A stretch of DNA of 64,000 bases from Chrysomallon squamiferum (GCA_012295275.1 CM022665.1:18724001-18788000); one strand, 5' to 3'. Numbered from the stretch's first letter, positions 28,081-42,465 are shown. Notes: generated by a model from the letters alone, not told the origin. Made by a program: numbers and translations.

Positions 28081-31000
28081 TTTCTTTCAGTTGTCTTTAA
28101 AATTATTTTCATTCATGCTAATATCTTGAATACTTCAGTTAAACAATTAAATTAGTTATGTAGATTGATTGTTCTGTTTCTTTCAGTGCCAGAACTATTC
28201 ATTGAATTTAAATTTCAAAAAAGAAACCTTTAAAACTAACCCTAAGAAAAAATAATAATGCTAACAAAAAATTTACATTCCCTATAAAAAATAAAGATAT
28301 AAATTGAGAGGAAACGAAAAAAATGAATGCAAATAAAATTTATACTTGAGAGCAGAGCATATCTTACAAACCTTGAATATCAGACTAAATAAAATGTTTT
28401 CTTTGTTTTTGAGGAACTTTTTCTTTTTTTTTGTTTTTCTTTTCTTCTTTTAAATTATTATTATTTATTTTTTTGTTAATATTTTTATTTTATAATTAGA
28501 ACATGTGGTAATATTTAAATTGTACCTATTTTTTTCTTTTTTCTTTATTTATATTATTTTTATTTAAAGATCAAATTTAAAGCACTGAGTTATCCCACGA
28601 AACAACATACTGTTAAAATAACAAGAAAATAACTCTACATTGATTATTCACATTTCAAACATTTATCAGCAAATAAATAACAATTGAAAAAAAAAATTTG
28701 CTAGATGTATTTGAATTGATTGAAAAAAAGAAATGTTAAAGAAATAGTAAAATAGGTTCTTAAAAAATAAATAACAAAAATAAGCATACGAAAAAAATAT
28801 TTAAAAACTTTTTACATTTATTTTGTCAATGAAAGTTGACAGGTCTTGAGTTAAAAATGAAAAAAACAAACAAACTTGAACTGTTTATGTTGTTACAAAA
28901 TGACAGCTGAAATTTAGACGAGGTAATATCATGGTCCTTTTGCATTGGCAAAGGTTTTACTGAATTAAAAAGAAAAAGAAAAGACAGATAAAGGTTACTT
29001 AATGGGAGGGGGTTTGGATTTTTAAAAATTAAATACTGGTAACCAAAATACCTAAAGTAAAAAAATAAATAAATAAATAAAATATCTTGTACAATTTTTC
29101 AGTTTAAACAAGTGACTGGAACAAGAATTTCCTGTTTTGATTTCACAATTAGATAATATGTTTTCTTAATTTGTAAAATTATTTTTTATTTTTAAATTTT
29201 TATTTTCAGTTTGTTTTCTTCTCTCTCTTTTTTTTTTTTTCTCAATCTTTTCCAAAACATATTGAAGAATGTCTTTGAAAACACACCTTTGTACATCTCT
29301 GTTACGTCTGGTAGAGGGTTTAAAAAAAAGGGATATTGATGATAAGATCAAGTTAAAGAAAATGTTCAGATATCAACACACCTATAGTGTATGTCTGATT
29401 AATGGGGTACATCTTCACAGGTGTTTTTTAATATTACTTTTTTTTTTTTCCTCCTTAAATCCATTCAGGCTTGTGTGTGTCTCATAAAACATTTCCACTG
29501 TTAGATGGTATTAAAAGAAATATTGGCTTTTTTTGTGTTTTTTTTGTTATTGAAGTTCAGCTGATTTCTGCTGAATAGCCATCTTGGATTTCTCATTTGA
29601 TGTTTAAAACTTATATTGTATCACAGAGATATCTCCCCATCAACAAACAACCCACAAAAAAAAATGTTTTTTTTTTTTTTAAATTTTAATATAAATAATT
29701 GGAGAGCTAAGATTATTTGTTTTTCTAACTTTAAATGTGTTTATTTAATATGGTTTATATCTCTAACAAGGTTAGTTTATTTTGAAATTTTTCAGAAGGG
29801 TTTTAATTCAGACTGAAATAATTAAAAACATGTTTCTTTTCACCAATGCAGACACAAATGTTTAACACACTGTTTAATATTTTAATGTTGATGTTTATCA
29901 TGTCATAAGCATGTGGTTGTTGTATTATAATGATGAGAATAGAATCCCAGTGCCATCATGCCATGCAATACAATTTTCAGTTAGTGATGAGGGATTTTCT
30001 GTTTTATCACAGCTACACACAGTGCAGCACATTCCACTTTGATTTGTCAGATGATGCATCAAGCTTGAGTCTTAACAGTCTTAACACTGGATCATTACAA
30101 TCTGTATCTCACATGTGTATACTGTTAATATATTCCTTTTCCCATCTCATTTAATCACTTGTTACTGCTACATCATCTGATACATTACTTTACTTCAAGT
30201 GGACCTGTAAATAATAAAAATACAGTGATGTCAGAATGACAGGGTTTTAACTTATTAAAAGAAGTCTTCCTGTTATGTATCTTTCTCTAGAAGTGTTTTC
30301 ACCTTTAACTTAAGTTCAGCATGAAGTGCTGGGAAATTGTGCAGTTTTAATATCTCATTAAAAATAATTGAAAAGTGTCTGCCATAAATTGAACTCATAA
30401 AAAGAAATTGCCATAATGCTTTGCAGTCATAGCAAATGATCATTATGTTTAAAATTAATTTGTTTTTTCTTCTTTAGATGCACCAGTGCATTCCAGTAGT
30501 GTTACACTGGTTCAACTGTTCTACCTTCATAATTAACACAGGTACCAGTATCATTAGACAAAGAAATTTGAAATCTATAAAGACATTTTAAGATTTTGCC
30601 AAGGGTCAGCATCATCCAAATTATATTATTATTTTTGTGTAAGTGAAAGTTATAATGTGAGAGATGTGCAGATGGAAGTTTCATGCTGTAGTCAATCCGA
30701 TTATATTTGACTTTTTGTTTTTGTTTTACTGCAAAACATGCTTATCAATCACTCTAGCTGTCTGTGGTCATTCTACAGCTCTATGTTCATCTAAAGAAGG
30801 CAGCAGAGATAAAAGACTTGTTGTTTCTGGCTTCATTTGAGGCAGAACAGAAACCAGTTACAGAGAATGCTGAAACTGGAAACACTGTGGGGTTCTGTGT
30901 AATGTTACCTACATGCATCTTCTCACTCTTCATTCCCACGCTCTACCTCTGGGCACACTTCCAAGAAAATTATTTTTTGATATGTTTATACAATCTGGAG

Positions 31001-32879
31001 TCAGAAAAAACAACCTGCTTTCCTGGAGATGTTCATGTTAAATCAGATTTGATGAGCTTAGTTTTGCCTTGTATATTTGCAAAGCAGATATCTATATTAT
31101 CTGAACACGTGGTCAGCTAGAGGCTTCATGCTATCAAAGCCACTGGGGCTCCATCTCATGGTAACATATGCTGCTTTAGTTGGTTGTTAATAATGTCTTA
31201 TCTCAATGTATATGAATGCACATGGGGAGTTAAAGCAATGGAAAAACAACATAAGAGTGGCTATCAGAAATTTAAAATCAAGTTTACTCAATGTGCTAGT
31301 GAAACCCCCACCCCCACCCTGACACTTAATGGTCTGATATAACAGATTGATTACTTTATTATCAGATAACAGGTGGAAGTTTGATTTGGGAGACTTTCAA
31401 AAATTAAAACTTCTGTGTGAAGTACCTTGTGTCCTTCAAATTTTCATTATCACTAAATTTTATTAACACCTGTTAACCACTTTATTTCAGTCTGAAATTT
31501 AAAAAACAAAACTGGTAACAAATCTTCTTTGTATTAGGGATGTTTAGCCAGTTTGCAGTCATATGGTAATCATTTGCTTTGAAAATAACCAAATATTTTC
31601 TCAGATAGCTTGAATTGTTTCTGAATGATTTTGTTATAGTTGTTTGTAAGCAGTTTTCTCGCTGACCTTCTGACATGAAATGTATATCAATATATTTCAT
31701 ATCTGAAGGTCAGTGTAGAAGACTGAGTGTACAGGTAGCTTGTAAGTATAATTTACAACAGTCATATAGCATCTGTATTTGGTTCATTGGAATGTAGTAT
31801 TCATTCATCCTAAACTCAGAAGAGGTAAAACTGAGTGAATAGTTTAAACTTATTAAATTTATATGGTATAAATCTAGTCTGTAATTTAATTGTTTTGGTG
31901 GAGATATCTTTCTACAAGTATGTAATCTCGGTTTAAACAGATTATCATCATTAATAAAACCTTTATGCTGATATGTCATTTCATTTCTTACTAGAACTGT
32001 TAAAAAATCCTGAGTAACAAGTACTTGAAGATGGATGTAACTGCTGTGTGTACTTTACCAGTGTACTGTTTTTTTACTTACACTAGTAGATATATTTTTA
32101 TCTGTAACCACTAAGAACAGGTGAAGCTGTTTCTTTTTGGAATATGTGTGTTGCTTTACTCATGTCATTTCACACTGAAAAGAAAAAAGAATGATGGTTA
32201 TGTTATCTGAGATGTGAAGATGTTGAATCAGTTGAAATTCTTTAGTTGTTCTTGTATCTACACTATCTGACTGTCCACTTGTGTCCACTGAATTTGTGTT
32301 AGAGGGGAAAACAGTAAATATTAATGAACTTAAATTCTGATATAATTTTAAGCATATTTATGAGATATGTCCATAAAAATTCTGTTAATTGAAGATGGTA
32401 TTATAATCCAGAGTGTAGCCAAGAATAATGCCAGTTGACATACAGTCATTGGAAAACTTTTAAACTTTGATTTTTTTTAAATTGAAAAATGAGTTTAGCA
32501 TCTCTTTCTTTCTTTTTCAATTTTCTCTTAAAATATAACAATTGTCCCCCCACCCCCAAAAAAAAGCCATCCCTAAAAAACCCTAAGTAGAATTACAAAA
32601 ATGTCTGTGGTTAATTATTAAAAATACATTTCTTTGTTTATTTGTATATATGTACAGAAACAGACATTTTCAAATAAAGGCAGGCCAAATACACACACTT
32701 TTAAATAAGAAATTATCTGAATTCCTACTTAAAATTTATCATCTACGACTATTTTCTGCAATTTTCAAACAGTTTGTCTCATCAGTGTGAGTGATTGACT
32801 TGGAATATTCCTGTTGAATACCTCTGGCATAAATGATGGACATTTGGAATGGAAGCCAGAGCAAAGTGCCAGAAATGTA

Positions 32880-33040
32880 GAAGATATTGTCCATGTAATT
32901 AGGCAGTATAACAACACAGTGATAATTACATATCTTCAACACTGGCAGTATTTTCTCTGTACCCATTTTACATAAGCATTGTCTTCCAACATTATCCGTG
33001 TCTTGTACTTTTAAGTTTTTAACCTTCTGAAAGTTCACAG
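32880..33040 (-). mobile_element. Possible highly decayed LINE reverse-transcriptase N-terminal fragment
   Basis: KVKNLKVQDTDNV...CKMGTEKILPVLKICN...ILPNY loosely resembles the LKxxKAxGxDxI..E.LK.G...IL..L..IFN......P..W segment of non-LTR ORF2; recalled similarity only. Confidence 0.3.
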
Positions 33041-33460
33041 TTTCTAATTACATCTTTTTTGAACAGTGTTTTATAGTAGTCATTATTTAATTTTTTAATA
33101 TGTTGTATTTTATGAGGTTAATAATAATTATATTATCTTAAAGATTTTTGCATATGACTGGTTTATATTCGGGAAAAAAAAAAGAGGTAAAAAATGAATT
33201 ATGATTGTTTTATAGCGTGGTAATGCTCACATCATGTTTAAAAACCTGTTTATAAGGAATGTAAGGAAGGAATGTAATTATATATTGGAATATATTGTAG
33301 ATCATTGTTTTTCATTGTTAATAAAGATGAGAGGTTTTGGGTGGGTGAATGTTGTTGTGCATTGTTTTCTTATTTTTTAATATTAAAAACTTGCATTTTT
33401 ACTTTTCTTTTCTTTATTTACTTTAATATTTTTTAATAATAGTTTTAAAATTTTTTGTTT

Positions 33461-33865
33461 GTTTTAAAATAGCTGAAGAATAATCACTTTAAAATAACTT
33501 ATTAGTAAAAAGGTTAATACTCTATATTCTGCATACTGAGCACCATATGTATTATTGATTTTCAGAATCCATTAAATCAGATTAGTTTAAATTAAATTTA
33601 ATTTGTTGTATTAGAAGTGGGCAGAATTTTTAAAATTCAGTTTGTTTAAAACAGTTGAAGAATAATCACTTGAAAATAAAATGTCATTAAAACAGTTAAT
33701 ACTTGATACTGAGCAGCAGATTTATTACTGACTCTTGATGTTTTTCAGAATCCTTTAAACCAGATTACAAATATATGTATTTCTTCTTTTTCATCATACA
33801 TTTTCTATTACTTTTCATTTTTATTCTTCAGTTTTATTAATTTATGTATTAATAATGCATATGTA

Positions 33866-33909
<44 letters not shown>

Positions 33910-34041
33910 CACACAAATACACACATAAAATTAATAAATACATTAAAAACGACTGATTATTTTTTTTTTTTTTTTTTTTTTTGAAAGTGTACAGAATATT
34001 TAAAATTTAGTTTGTTAAAACAGCTGAAGAATAATCACTTT
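33461..34041. repeat. Old degenerate tandem triplication, ~180-bp unit
   Basis: aaaacagctgaagaataatcactt recurs near 33466, 33647 and 34017; atactgagca and ttttcagaatcc recur in the first two copies; the second unit is expanded by (GT)n and poly-T. Confidence 0.8.
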
Positions 34042-34557
34042 AGACTGAACAGAGTGATTCTGTATTGTGCAGTGACTGACCTTCTCAGCACAAAATGTAT
34101 TATTAAGAAGAAAAATGTGTAAGCCACTTCCTGACAGCAAAACATTTTAATAAAGTTTGAACTCATTTTCAACCTTGAATATGTGTCCTCTGCTCTGGAG
34201 GGTGGAATCTCATACCAGTTTGAATATGGACATTGCATCTTGCTTATACATATTTATTTTATTTGCACAGTAATAAAATTCAATATATAATAGATTTATT
34301 TTAACTTCTGTATTACATCATACTTGGCAGTGACAAGGATTGTTGAAAGAAAAACAAAAATAAATTAAGTTACAAAAAATATTATCGTTAGACATTAGAG
34401 TACATTAATATCACATCTAAAACATTTCATTCTTCTTTCTTTTATTTTCTTTTTCCTTTCTTTTTTTTCTTTCCTTTTTTTTATTTTCTGCTGGAATCTT
34501 TTCAACCATTTCATCTTGGAAAGTTTACTTTTTTTTTCTTTTTTGTTCCTTCTTCAG

Positions 34558-34632
34558 CAGGTGTCTGTAGAAGGTAATTTCACATTGCTACAGTTGCAGA
34601 CACAAACCTTCGTTCTCACGGCTATAGAATGA
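34558..34632 (+). CDS. Candidate 13/16-nt microexon (34561 or 34558 to 34573) or, if the donor is not used, terminal exon (Q)VSVEGNFTLLQLQTQTFVLTAIE*
   Basis: Very strong pyrimidine tract + CAGCAG tandem acceptor (34555-34560); AAG|GTAATT at 34574; TACTAAC at 34638 and TGCATG at 34782 downstream; CpG cluster 34610-35035. Confidence 0.4.
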   Translation, partial: QVSVEGNFTLLQLQTQTFVLTAIE

Positions 34633-34679
34633 AATGTTACTAACTTTAGCTTGGCAGCAGAATACATCTTGTGGTAGTA

Positions 34680-34714
<35 letters not shown>

Positions 34715-36314
34715 TTTTTTTTTTTTTTTTTTTTTTTTTGATGTGTGTTATCTGGCACAAGAAAAAATAAAGATAAATACATGCATGTTTTCACTCATCT
34801 TTCTTACTAGACTCTCCATCATGTGAGGAAAGTTTGTTTGGCGTGTTTCCAGCTATTGGCAACGTTTATATCATTTTGCCACTGACTTATTCTCTGAGGT
34901 AATTTGATGTTTGTGAGACGGCGTTTAATAACAGGTTGAACAGATTTATTGCTTAAACAGCACTATTCTTTGAATATGCTGCTGCTGCTTTTTTATTTTT
35001 TTATTTTTTGTTACTTCAATCCTTAGAAAGAACGTTGAAGTTGGTTTTGTTGCTTTTTGTTGTTTGTTTGTTTTTTTAAAGCATTCCAAACCTTTTTTTT
35101 TTTTTTTTTTTCTGTGGTTATTTCTGCATTTTCAAACAAAGAACAAAGAATATCTCTTCTGCCATACAACAAAATAAAAAATAAATAAAAAAAATAAATA
35201 ATAATAATAATAATAATAATAAAAGTTAGAATTGTTAATGAAACACAGGTCAGTGGAAATATGTTCAGGTTATTAAATTTTTTTTACAAACAGAAACTGG
35301 ATGACAGATAACAAATTTTTTTTTTTTTTTTTTTTTTTTACACTGATGAGAGACATGACCATTATTGTTCAGTAAAGGTTATTTTCATTTTTCCCAATGC
35401 TATGTGACTTCATTGGGTTTTATTTATTTATTTATTTAAAAAACATTGTCTTACTCTATGTACTGGAATGTTTATATAAAAGAACTCATGCTTTCAATCA
35501 TCATTGTTATTATTAATATATCATGAAAAAAATATCTATCTTTTGACTCCTTAATGATTACATATTATTAAATTAAACACATAAATATTTATTTTCCTTA
35601 ATTACTTTGTGTACCATTCTTGAATTAAGCAAAAGGACTATGTTAGAAATATATGTTTCTAATTATAGAAAAGTTTAAAATAATTAAAATCACTTCACAG
35701 GAATTTATAACAGAAAACAGTTTATTTTGAAAGTGGATTCCAGTCATTGATTCATTTAAAATGTTTATTGTAAGAGAAATTACATCTCTTATTAGATACA
35801 CACTGGAAGATTGTTAAAGAAAACTGACAGATACTACTGTAGTCAGAGAATACAAAACATGATTAATTACTTCAGTTGTTTGAGCTGTCAGTGTTTGGAA
35901 TGAAAGCAGTGTGAATCTAGCTAAGCACTTTTTGCACTCTTTAAAGAGTATCATTCTTAGAATTTTACCAAAAAAAAAATCATGCAAGATTCTGGTTAAG
36001 ATGTCTGAATGAGAAATTTTGTATGTGAGATGTTTCTTCTTCTTTTATTTTATTTATTAATTTTTCATTTTTTGTTAATATTATTATTATTACCATCATC
36101 ATCATAAATAACATTATTATTATTATTATTGTTATTGTTGTTATTGTTATTATTGTTATTGTTATTATTATTACTTACTAACTTATTTTTTTATTTATAC
36201 TGTTTTAAACCTTTTAATGTTTGTTTTAACATACTATAATAACTGTTGTAACTTTACATTATTTTTATTTTTAATTTGTTATTATTATTATTATTATTAT
36301 TTTTTTTTTTACAG

Positions 36315-36437
36315 ACAATGAATGGTGCGAGCAGAGTTCCAAAATGTCTATTTGATCCAGCCATATTTTCGTTCCGGTCTATCAATCGAGGGTACAGTGC
36401 TCTCACACCCGTTGAAGAACCATCTTGTGCTTACTGA
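36315..36437 (+). CDS. Candidate alternative terminal coding exon; phase 0 TMNGASRVPKCLFDPAIFSFRSINRGYSALTPVEEPSCAY* (phase 1: DNEWCEQSSKMSI*)
   Basis: T-run + ACAG acceptor ending 36314; long AG-free zone upstream containing TACTAAC (36176-36182); GC and CpG (5 CpGs) elevated over the 41-codon frame; AATAAA downstream near 36886 and 36969. Confidence 0.65.
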   Translation, partial: TMNGASRVPKCLFDPAIFSFRSINRGYSALTPVEEPSCAY

Positions 36438-39400
36438 CAACCTAACTGAGTATAATACACACATACACTGTGTATGTATATACATGTATATGCTATGCGT
36501 GTATATGATCATGTACATATTTGCCCTATCTATATGACAGCATACATATTTGTTATATATGTATATAGGACAGTGCACATATATGCTATGTCTGAAACAG
36601 TACCCATGTATGGTATGTGCATATAACAGTACATATGTATGCTGTGTATTAATAATACACAAATGCTAGGTATGTATGTAACAATACTCTCATATGCTGA
36701 GTATATATGTGATAATTCACATGTATGTTTCACAGAACACAATTGTATTCTGTGTATATAAGGAAAGTATACCCTTTGAGTATGTGAACACACACACACA
36801 CACATATATATACTATGTGTATATATGACAGTAAAATGACAATGCAAGTGGACCTTAGTGTTGGACTGACCTGGTCCACTGTAAAAATAAATGGCAGCCT
36901 TGATTGAAATGCTTCACAGTTGCAGCTTTCTTCACATGGTGGAACCTCTATTTTTCAGCCCTTTTTTAAATAAAATATAGTTTTGCTTATGACATGGATA
37001 AAGACAGTGACAACAAGAATGAAGAGATACTCTCACTTTCAGGGCAGAATTCTGAAGGATTTGCAACCACCTATTGTTGGTGGAAAATGACTGAATTTTG
37101 AATGATGTAGCAACTATATATTTTTTACCATTAAAGTGACTGAATTCTGGTTTGGCAGATTGAATTTTTTGTTGTCAAAGTAGCTATGTACTGAACCGTT
37201 TTGATAACTGTACTTTTTGCAGTTAAAGTGATTTTATTCTGATTTGTTTGGAACTAAAACATTTTTACAGTCAAAATGACTGAATTCTGAAAGGCATGGC
37301 ACTGACAGTCAAATTGATTGAATTGTGAATGTTTGGCAACTTTGGCAACTATGTTTTTTTTTATAAGAACAGTTATATCTCAGGACAGAACAGCATCTGG
37401 TGGACATCTCCCAGACACAATGAAGGCTGCGTGGAGGACATCTTATTTCTCCTAGTTCTCCGTCACTTGAGACAAGCCTCATTTCACTGACTTCTGCTTC
37501 AACCAACTGGATCAGGGAAATGCGCTATTTAATATTTGTCTTGTGATATTTAAAAGCTTTTTTCTTTGAAATGTTCTATTGTAAATTCAGCTTTTCAAAA
37601 AATAATGTTTTGCTTCACACATATATATATATTATATATAGTATATATATATATTATATATAGTATATATATATATTATATATATATATTATATTTTTTT
37701 TGTTGTTTATTTTTTTTTGCTGTTACTGTTCGATTCTTATGCTGATCAGCTGAATAGATTAGGTTGGATGAAAAGTTATTCGTGTTTCGAATTACCAGGC
37801 TTTTCTACTATTAATGATAATCTTAAATATTTTATTTGCATTTCAATGTTTGGATTTTAAACAAAACAAAATTAGAAATTAAAATGTTGAATTTATAGTT
37901 AGAGCTTTGTACTGTCACATACGTGATCTGAAAAGCTAATAAGTGTAATTAATTCAGCTTTAATCTTTCCTGAAACTTAACAAATCTAAAAGCATTTTTT
38001 ATACATACATATATATATATTTTTTTTTATAAGTATTATGATCTCTGCTGAAACTGTTTGTTTGTTTGTTTTCGTTATCTTTCATTGTTATAAGTTTGCT
38101 TTTGATCTAGCATATGTAATTAAATATTTTATAAATATCTTTTTTATTTTGATTTTGATTTTTTTTAAAGATAGCAATCCAATATATAAATACATACGTG
38201 TGAATATTAAGCCACTGAGCAGTCCATTCTATCATTTAAGGAGGGAATATTTAGCTGTCACTATGGCAACAGATTATTTTAATGTAATAAAACCTATCTG
38301 TATAATTTTGAACATGCATACAGTATGTACATTGTAAACATGTACTGCATTTACATTACTGTGAGTTCATATATTTACCTCTGATATTCGGATTAGTGAC
38401 AGTTATAAATTCTCATTTCGGTTTCGATTTCCTTGCATATATAAATTTTCATGTCAGAGAATTATGTATATTTTAATGAGCATGTTTTAAAAACAGCAGT
38501 TGTTTTGTTTCAGGAAAGATAAAATGGTTTCTATTTGTTGTCTGACTGAGTCAAAACAAATATTTTTAATAACAGTGTGAGCAAACTTGAAAATTTACTG
38601 CAGATGTTTTGGCGGTTTTTGTTTTGTTTATTTTCTTGTTTATCTTTTTCTGTGTTATATTCATACCATTACAAAATACATTTTACATGGTTTTTCTTCA
38701 TTCATTTCAGAGAGAGAAAGATAATGAGGGAGTATGTGTGGGGGAAAACAATATAGAAGGATAGTTGGAATGAAAATGAATGAAAAAGATAATGGTATGG
38801 CAGCAAAGACTCTAAACAATGGCTAAACCATCTGAATAAACAAATTTGTCCATGCATTTAACATTTTCCATTATATTCATCAATACTTTTATATAATTAC
38901 AATTTATTTGTACATCTGCAGGTTAATAGGGAGTTCTATATTGTCATAGATGAAATTATTAATTCCTGCTTTTTACTTTTGTGTGGAAACCTTTTCCATG
39001 TCGGTCAACTATTGAATCCGTAATCCATAAATCCTGTGTCAGCTTTTACTTTAATGTGACATGCATTTACCATTACTTACAATAATAAAATCTGTGTAGT
39101 ACTTCATATGACCTACAGCTGTAGCCATTGAAAGACTTTGAAAATGAAACAAAAAAATAAGACTGAAAATGTACTTCGTATGTCATACAGAATGTTGCAC
39201 AAGATTTATATATCCATGTAAAAAATTTAAAATGTAACCTGCAGCCACTGGTTAAATTACTGTAAAATAAAAAATAAAATTGGAGAAAAAAAAACATGAA
39301 CTATTATTTTTGATGTCAGTTTCTATTGATCTGCTATAAAAATATATGTTTTGACTTTGTCAGTATTGTTCTGTTTTGCTGTTACTAATTAGTTGTATTT

Positions 39401-39925
39401 TATTATTATATTTTTTTAATGTTGACACTAACAAATGACTATACATATATTTATACACATATATGTATATTAAAACTAGTTTGACCTGACATTTGTAATG
39501 GCTTGTTTTTGTTTAGATTTTCTTTCTTTTTCACATATTAATGAAATAAATATTTACTGCTTAATTTGTATTACATGTTAACTTTTTCATTTTTTAAAAT
39601 TGTTTTTAAAGTAGGATGTTATTTTGTCATTTTAACTGTTCTAGTTTGATCAAGAATTGTTTTTGGTTTTTTTAAATTTGTTACATGAATTTTGAAAACT
39701 CTTGTATCTGATTTGTATCTGTATGGTTTCTTCAAAATGAAATGAATCTTTTTCTTTCTCATTTTTTTAAACATTTATTTATGTAATTATTGTAGAAAGT
39801 AATTCAGTAGTCAGCTGAAGAAAAACTAAATTTAAAAGAAATGAAATACAGTGCTATTATTTTTTTTCAGAAGATAAAATTTATTTATTACTTTACTGCT
39901 TCTCAGAGAGAGAGAAAGAAAGAGA

Positions 39926-40017
<92 letters not shown>

Positions 40018-40440
40018 AACAAACACTCACACAGTGACAGACTGTAAAACTTAGTCATAGACATTTGAAAAAAGTTATGAGATTAGATTCCACAAACTGC
40101 CTGTTTAAATTACCTCCTTCAAAATTTATATCCATTTTGTGAATTGGCCAAATCTACATAATGCTGTTTACTACAGCCCAATGCCTGAATCATAAGCTGT
40201 CACAGTTATCTGCTTCCATGGAATCAGGTAATTGTTTAAAATGTGTAGATTTGCCCATCTGTTCTCAGTGATGGATGAATGGGCTGTAATGCACATTTTA
40301 TTAAATTATCAGGCAGCTGGATGTGAACAGGTCAAGTCACACTGGAATTGAAATGTTTGGTATACATAAATCAACACTCTCACACCTTTCCCTGCTGTGT
40401 CTGTTCTCAAACTGGCTCATTTTAAAACCTTGATTAAAGC

Positions 40441-40476
<36 letters not shown>

Positions 40477-41368
40477 TATTATTATTTTTTTTTTTTTTTT
40501 TTTTTTTTTCCCATTGAATTTTGTGAGTTGACTGTTTAAAATTCTTTGTTAAACATTACAAAATAAAAATAGTATTGAGATCCAGAAACAAAATTTCGGG
40601 TACTAAATTGGTTCAGTTATATTTGGTTCTGAACTGATTCATATAATCAATTGATTTTCTAAACAGAATCAAGAAAAATTAACTCTGTAGATCCAAAAGA
40701 TGACCAAATTCTACTGGCTAAAGTCATTTGCAAGAAATTTAACATTGCTTTACTAAAGAAGTTTTTAAAATTATTTTTCACTCTTTTTCCTTTGTATGAA
40801 TTTAATTTATTTTCTGATGTTTGTTGTAAAATATCTTCTAAAAATATTTGAACATTTCATTATAGATACAAATCTTTATTGCTCAGGGTGAAAATGAAAG
40901 AAAAAATTTCAGTGTCTGTTTGCATTTAATATTATTCTTTTTTATCTTGAACACATAGAAGTGTCTTGTTCTGTGTAAATATCTTTTCTACAAGTTATTT
41001 TTCATTGCTGATAAATGGCAAAAAATGAGATACCATATTGTATTTTCAGAAATAGTTGAATGTATAGTTACTTTTTACTTATTTTCATAGTTCATTGCTT
41101 GTTCATGCTGATCTGTTTTGTAAACACTGGTTAAACATTGTGGTAATCATAAATCCCTGTTTTTAAAAAAACAAAAACAATAGTGGCAAAAAATGTAGTG
41201 CATCAGCATAATACCTGACAGATTAGGAATGGTAAATATTATACACATTTTTTAACTTCAGAACAACTAAGCAGTGATGTGTGCAACACTGTCATCATCA
41301 TTATCATCATCTCAATACTAACTGATTATACAGCATCCTTTTAACCAGAAACACCAGAACAACTGTAG

Positions 41369-41768
41369 CAATGGGGTAGCAGACTAACAATGTTGTTGGT
41401 GAATATGGCAGGGGTGCTTTGGAACATTCTCCCCTTTGAAAATTTTAAAATGTAGATACTGGAAAAATAACTGTAATGGCTTCTGGACTTTATATATAAT
41501 ATTTGATTGTGATAAAATGTAATGCTATTCTATATAAATTAAATCTGGTGTAATAAGAATGAAGATTATTTATCCATTGACTGTTTAGCATATCACAGCA
41601 AGCTTATTTGATAGATAATTATATAGATCTATATGCAGATGTAATAGTAGTCTGTTAATATACAAATAGCATTCTGTAAAACTGTAAAATTCTTTAGATG
41701 ATGACCTCAACTGGTCAAGTTAGTGGTGCAGCAGCTACCACCCTTGCCACCCTGTTCCAGCAGCCATT
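41369..41768. mobile_element. Decayed non-autonomous DNA-element-like repeat
   Basis: caatggggtagc start, internal ggggtgctttggaacattctcccctttgaaaattttaaaatgtagat, and GC-rich end ggtgcagcagctaccacccttgccaccctgttccagcagcca resemble CpG-decayed versions of widespread cagtggcgtagc...gggggcatgctcccccggaaaattttg elements (recalled, not searched). Confidence 0.35.
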
Positions 41769-42046
41769 TTAATATAATTTCTTCCATTCTGTATAATGTA
41801 ATTTCATACCTTCTATATTACCCAATATACCGTAATTTCTTACATTCTGTATTACTCTGTATAATATGATTTCTGACACACTGCTGTGTTACTTTGTGTA
41901 ATGAAATCTCTTACTCTCCTACTTTATGACTGATGTGATATTGACTTTCAGCATGTCAAGATAAATTATCAGACTTTAATATCAGTGTGATGTTGTACCA
42001 CCTTTCACACTTAAACATATTTGCTGATAGAGGCTTAGTTTTTTAG

Positions 42047-42080
<34 letters not shown>

Positions 42081-42465
42081 GCCATCCTCCATGACTCTGT
42101 GGTCATGTCATTAAGTTTGAAACAGATAGGGATGTGTTTGTATCAAAGTTCTCAGTGTGTCGCTGTGTGTGATCTGTCAAGGTCAGCAGGGGGGCATGGT
42201 GTTAGTAACATCATGTTTTATCTCGGTAAACTCTTAACATTTGTGAAGATAATAATAAAGCAAGGATGGGTTTGATGATGCATTACAGCTTCTGCCATGA
42301 TGGCCATGTAACAACATTCCACAATGTTTGACCAGATGTATGTTACTGCAATATTTCTGACCTCATTATTCTGACACTTGCTCTTCATGCAGGATAGCAT
42401 TTATTTTTTTTCCATACTTGTTTTTCATCACTGTAAAACACTGACAGGACTGTCTGATTAAAACA

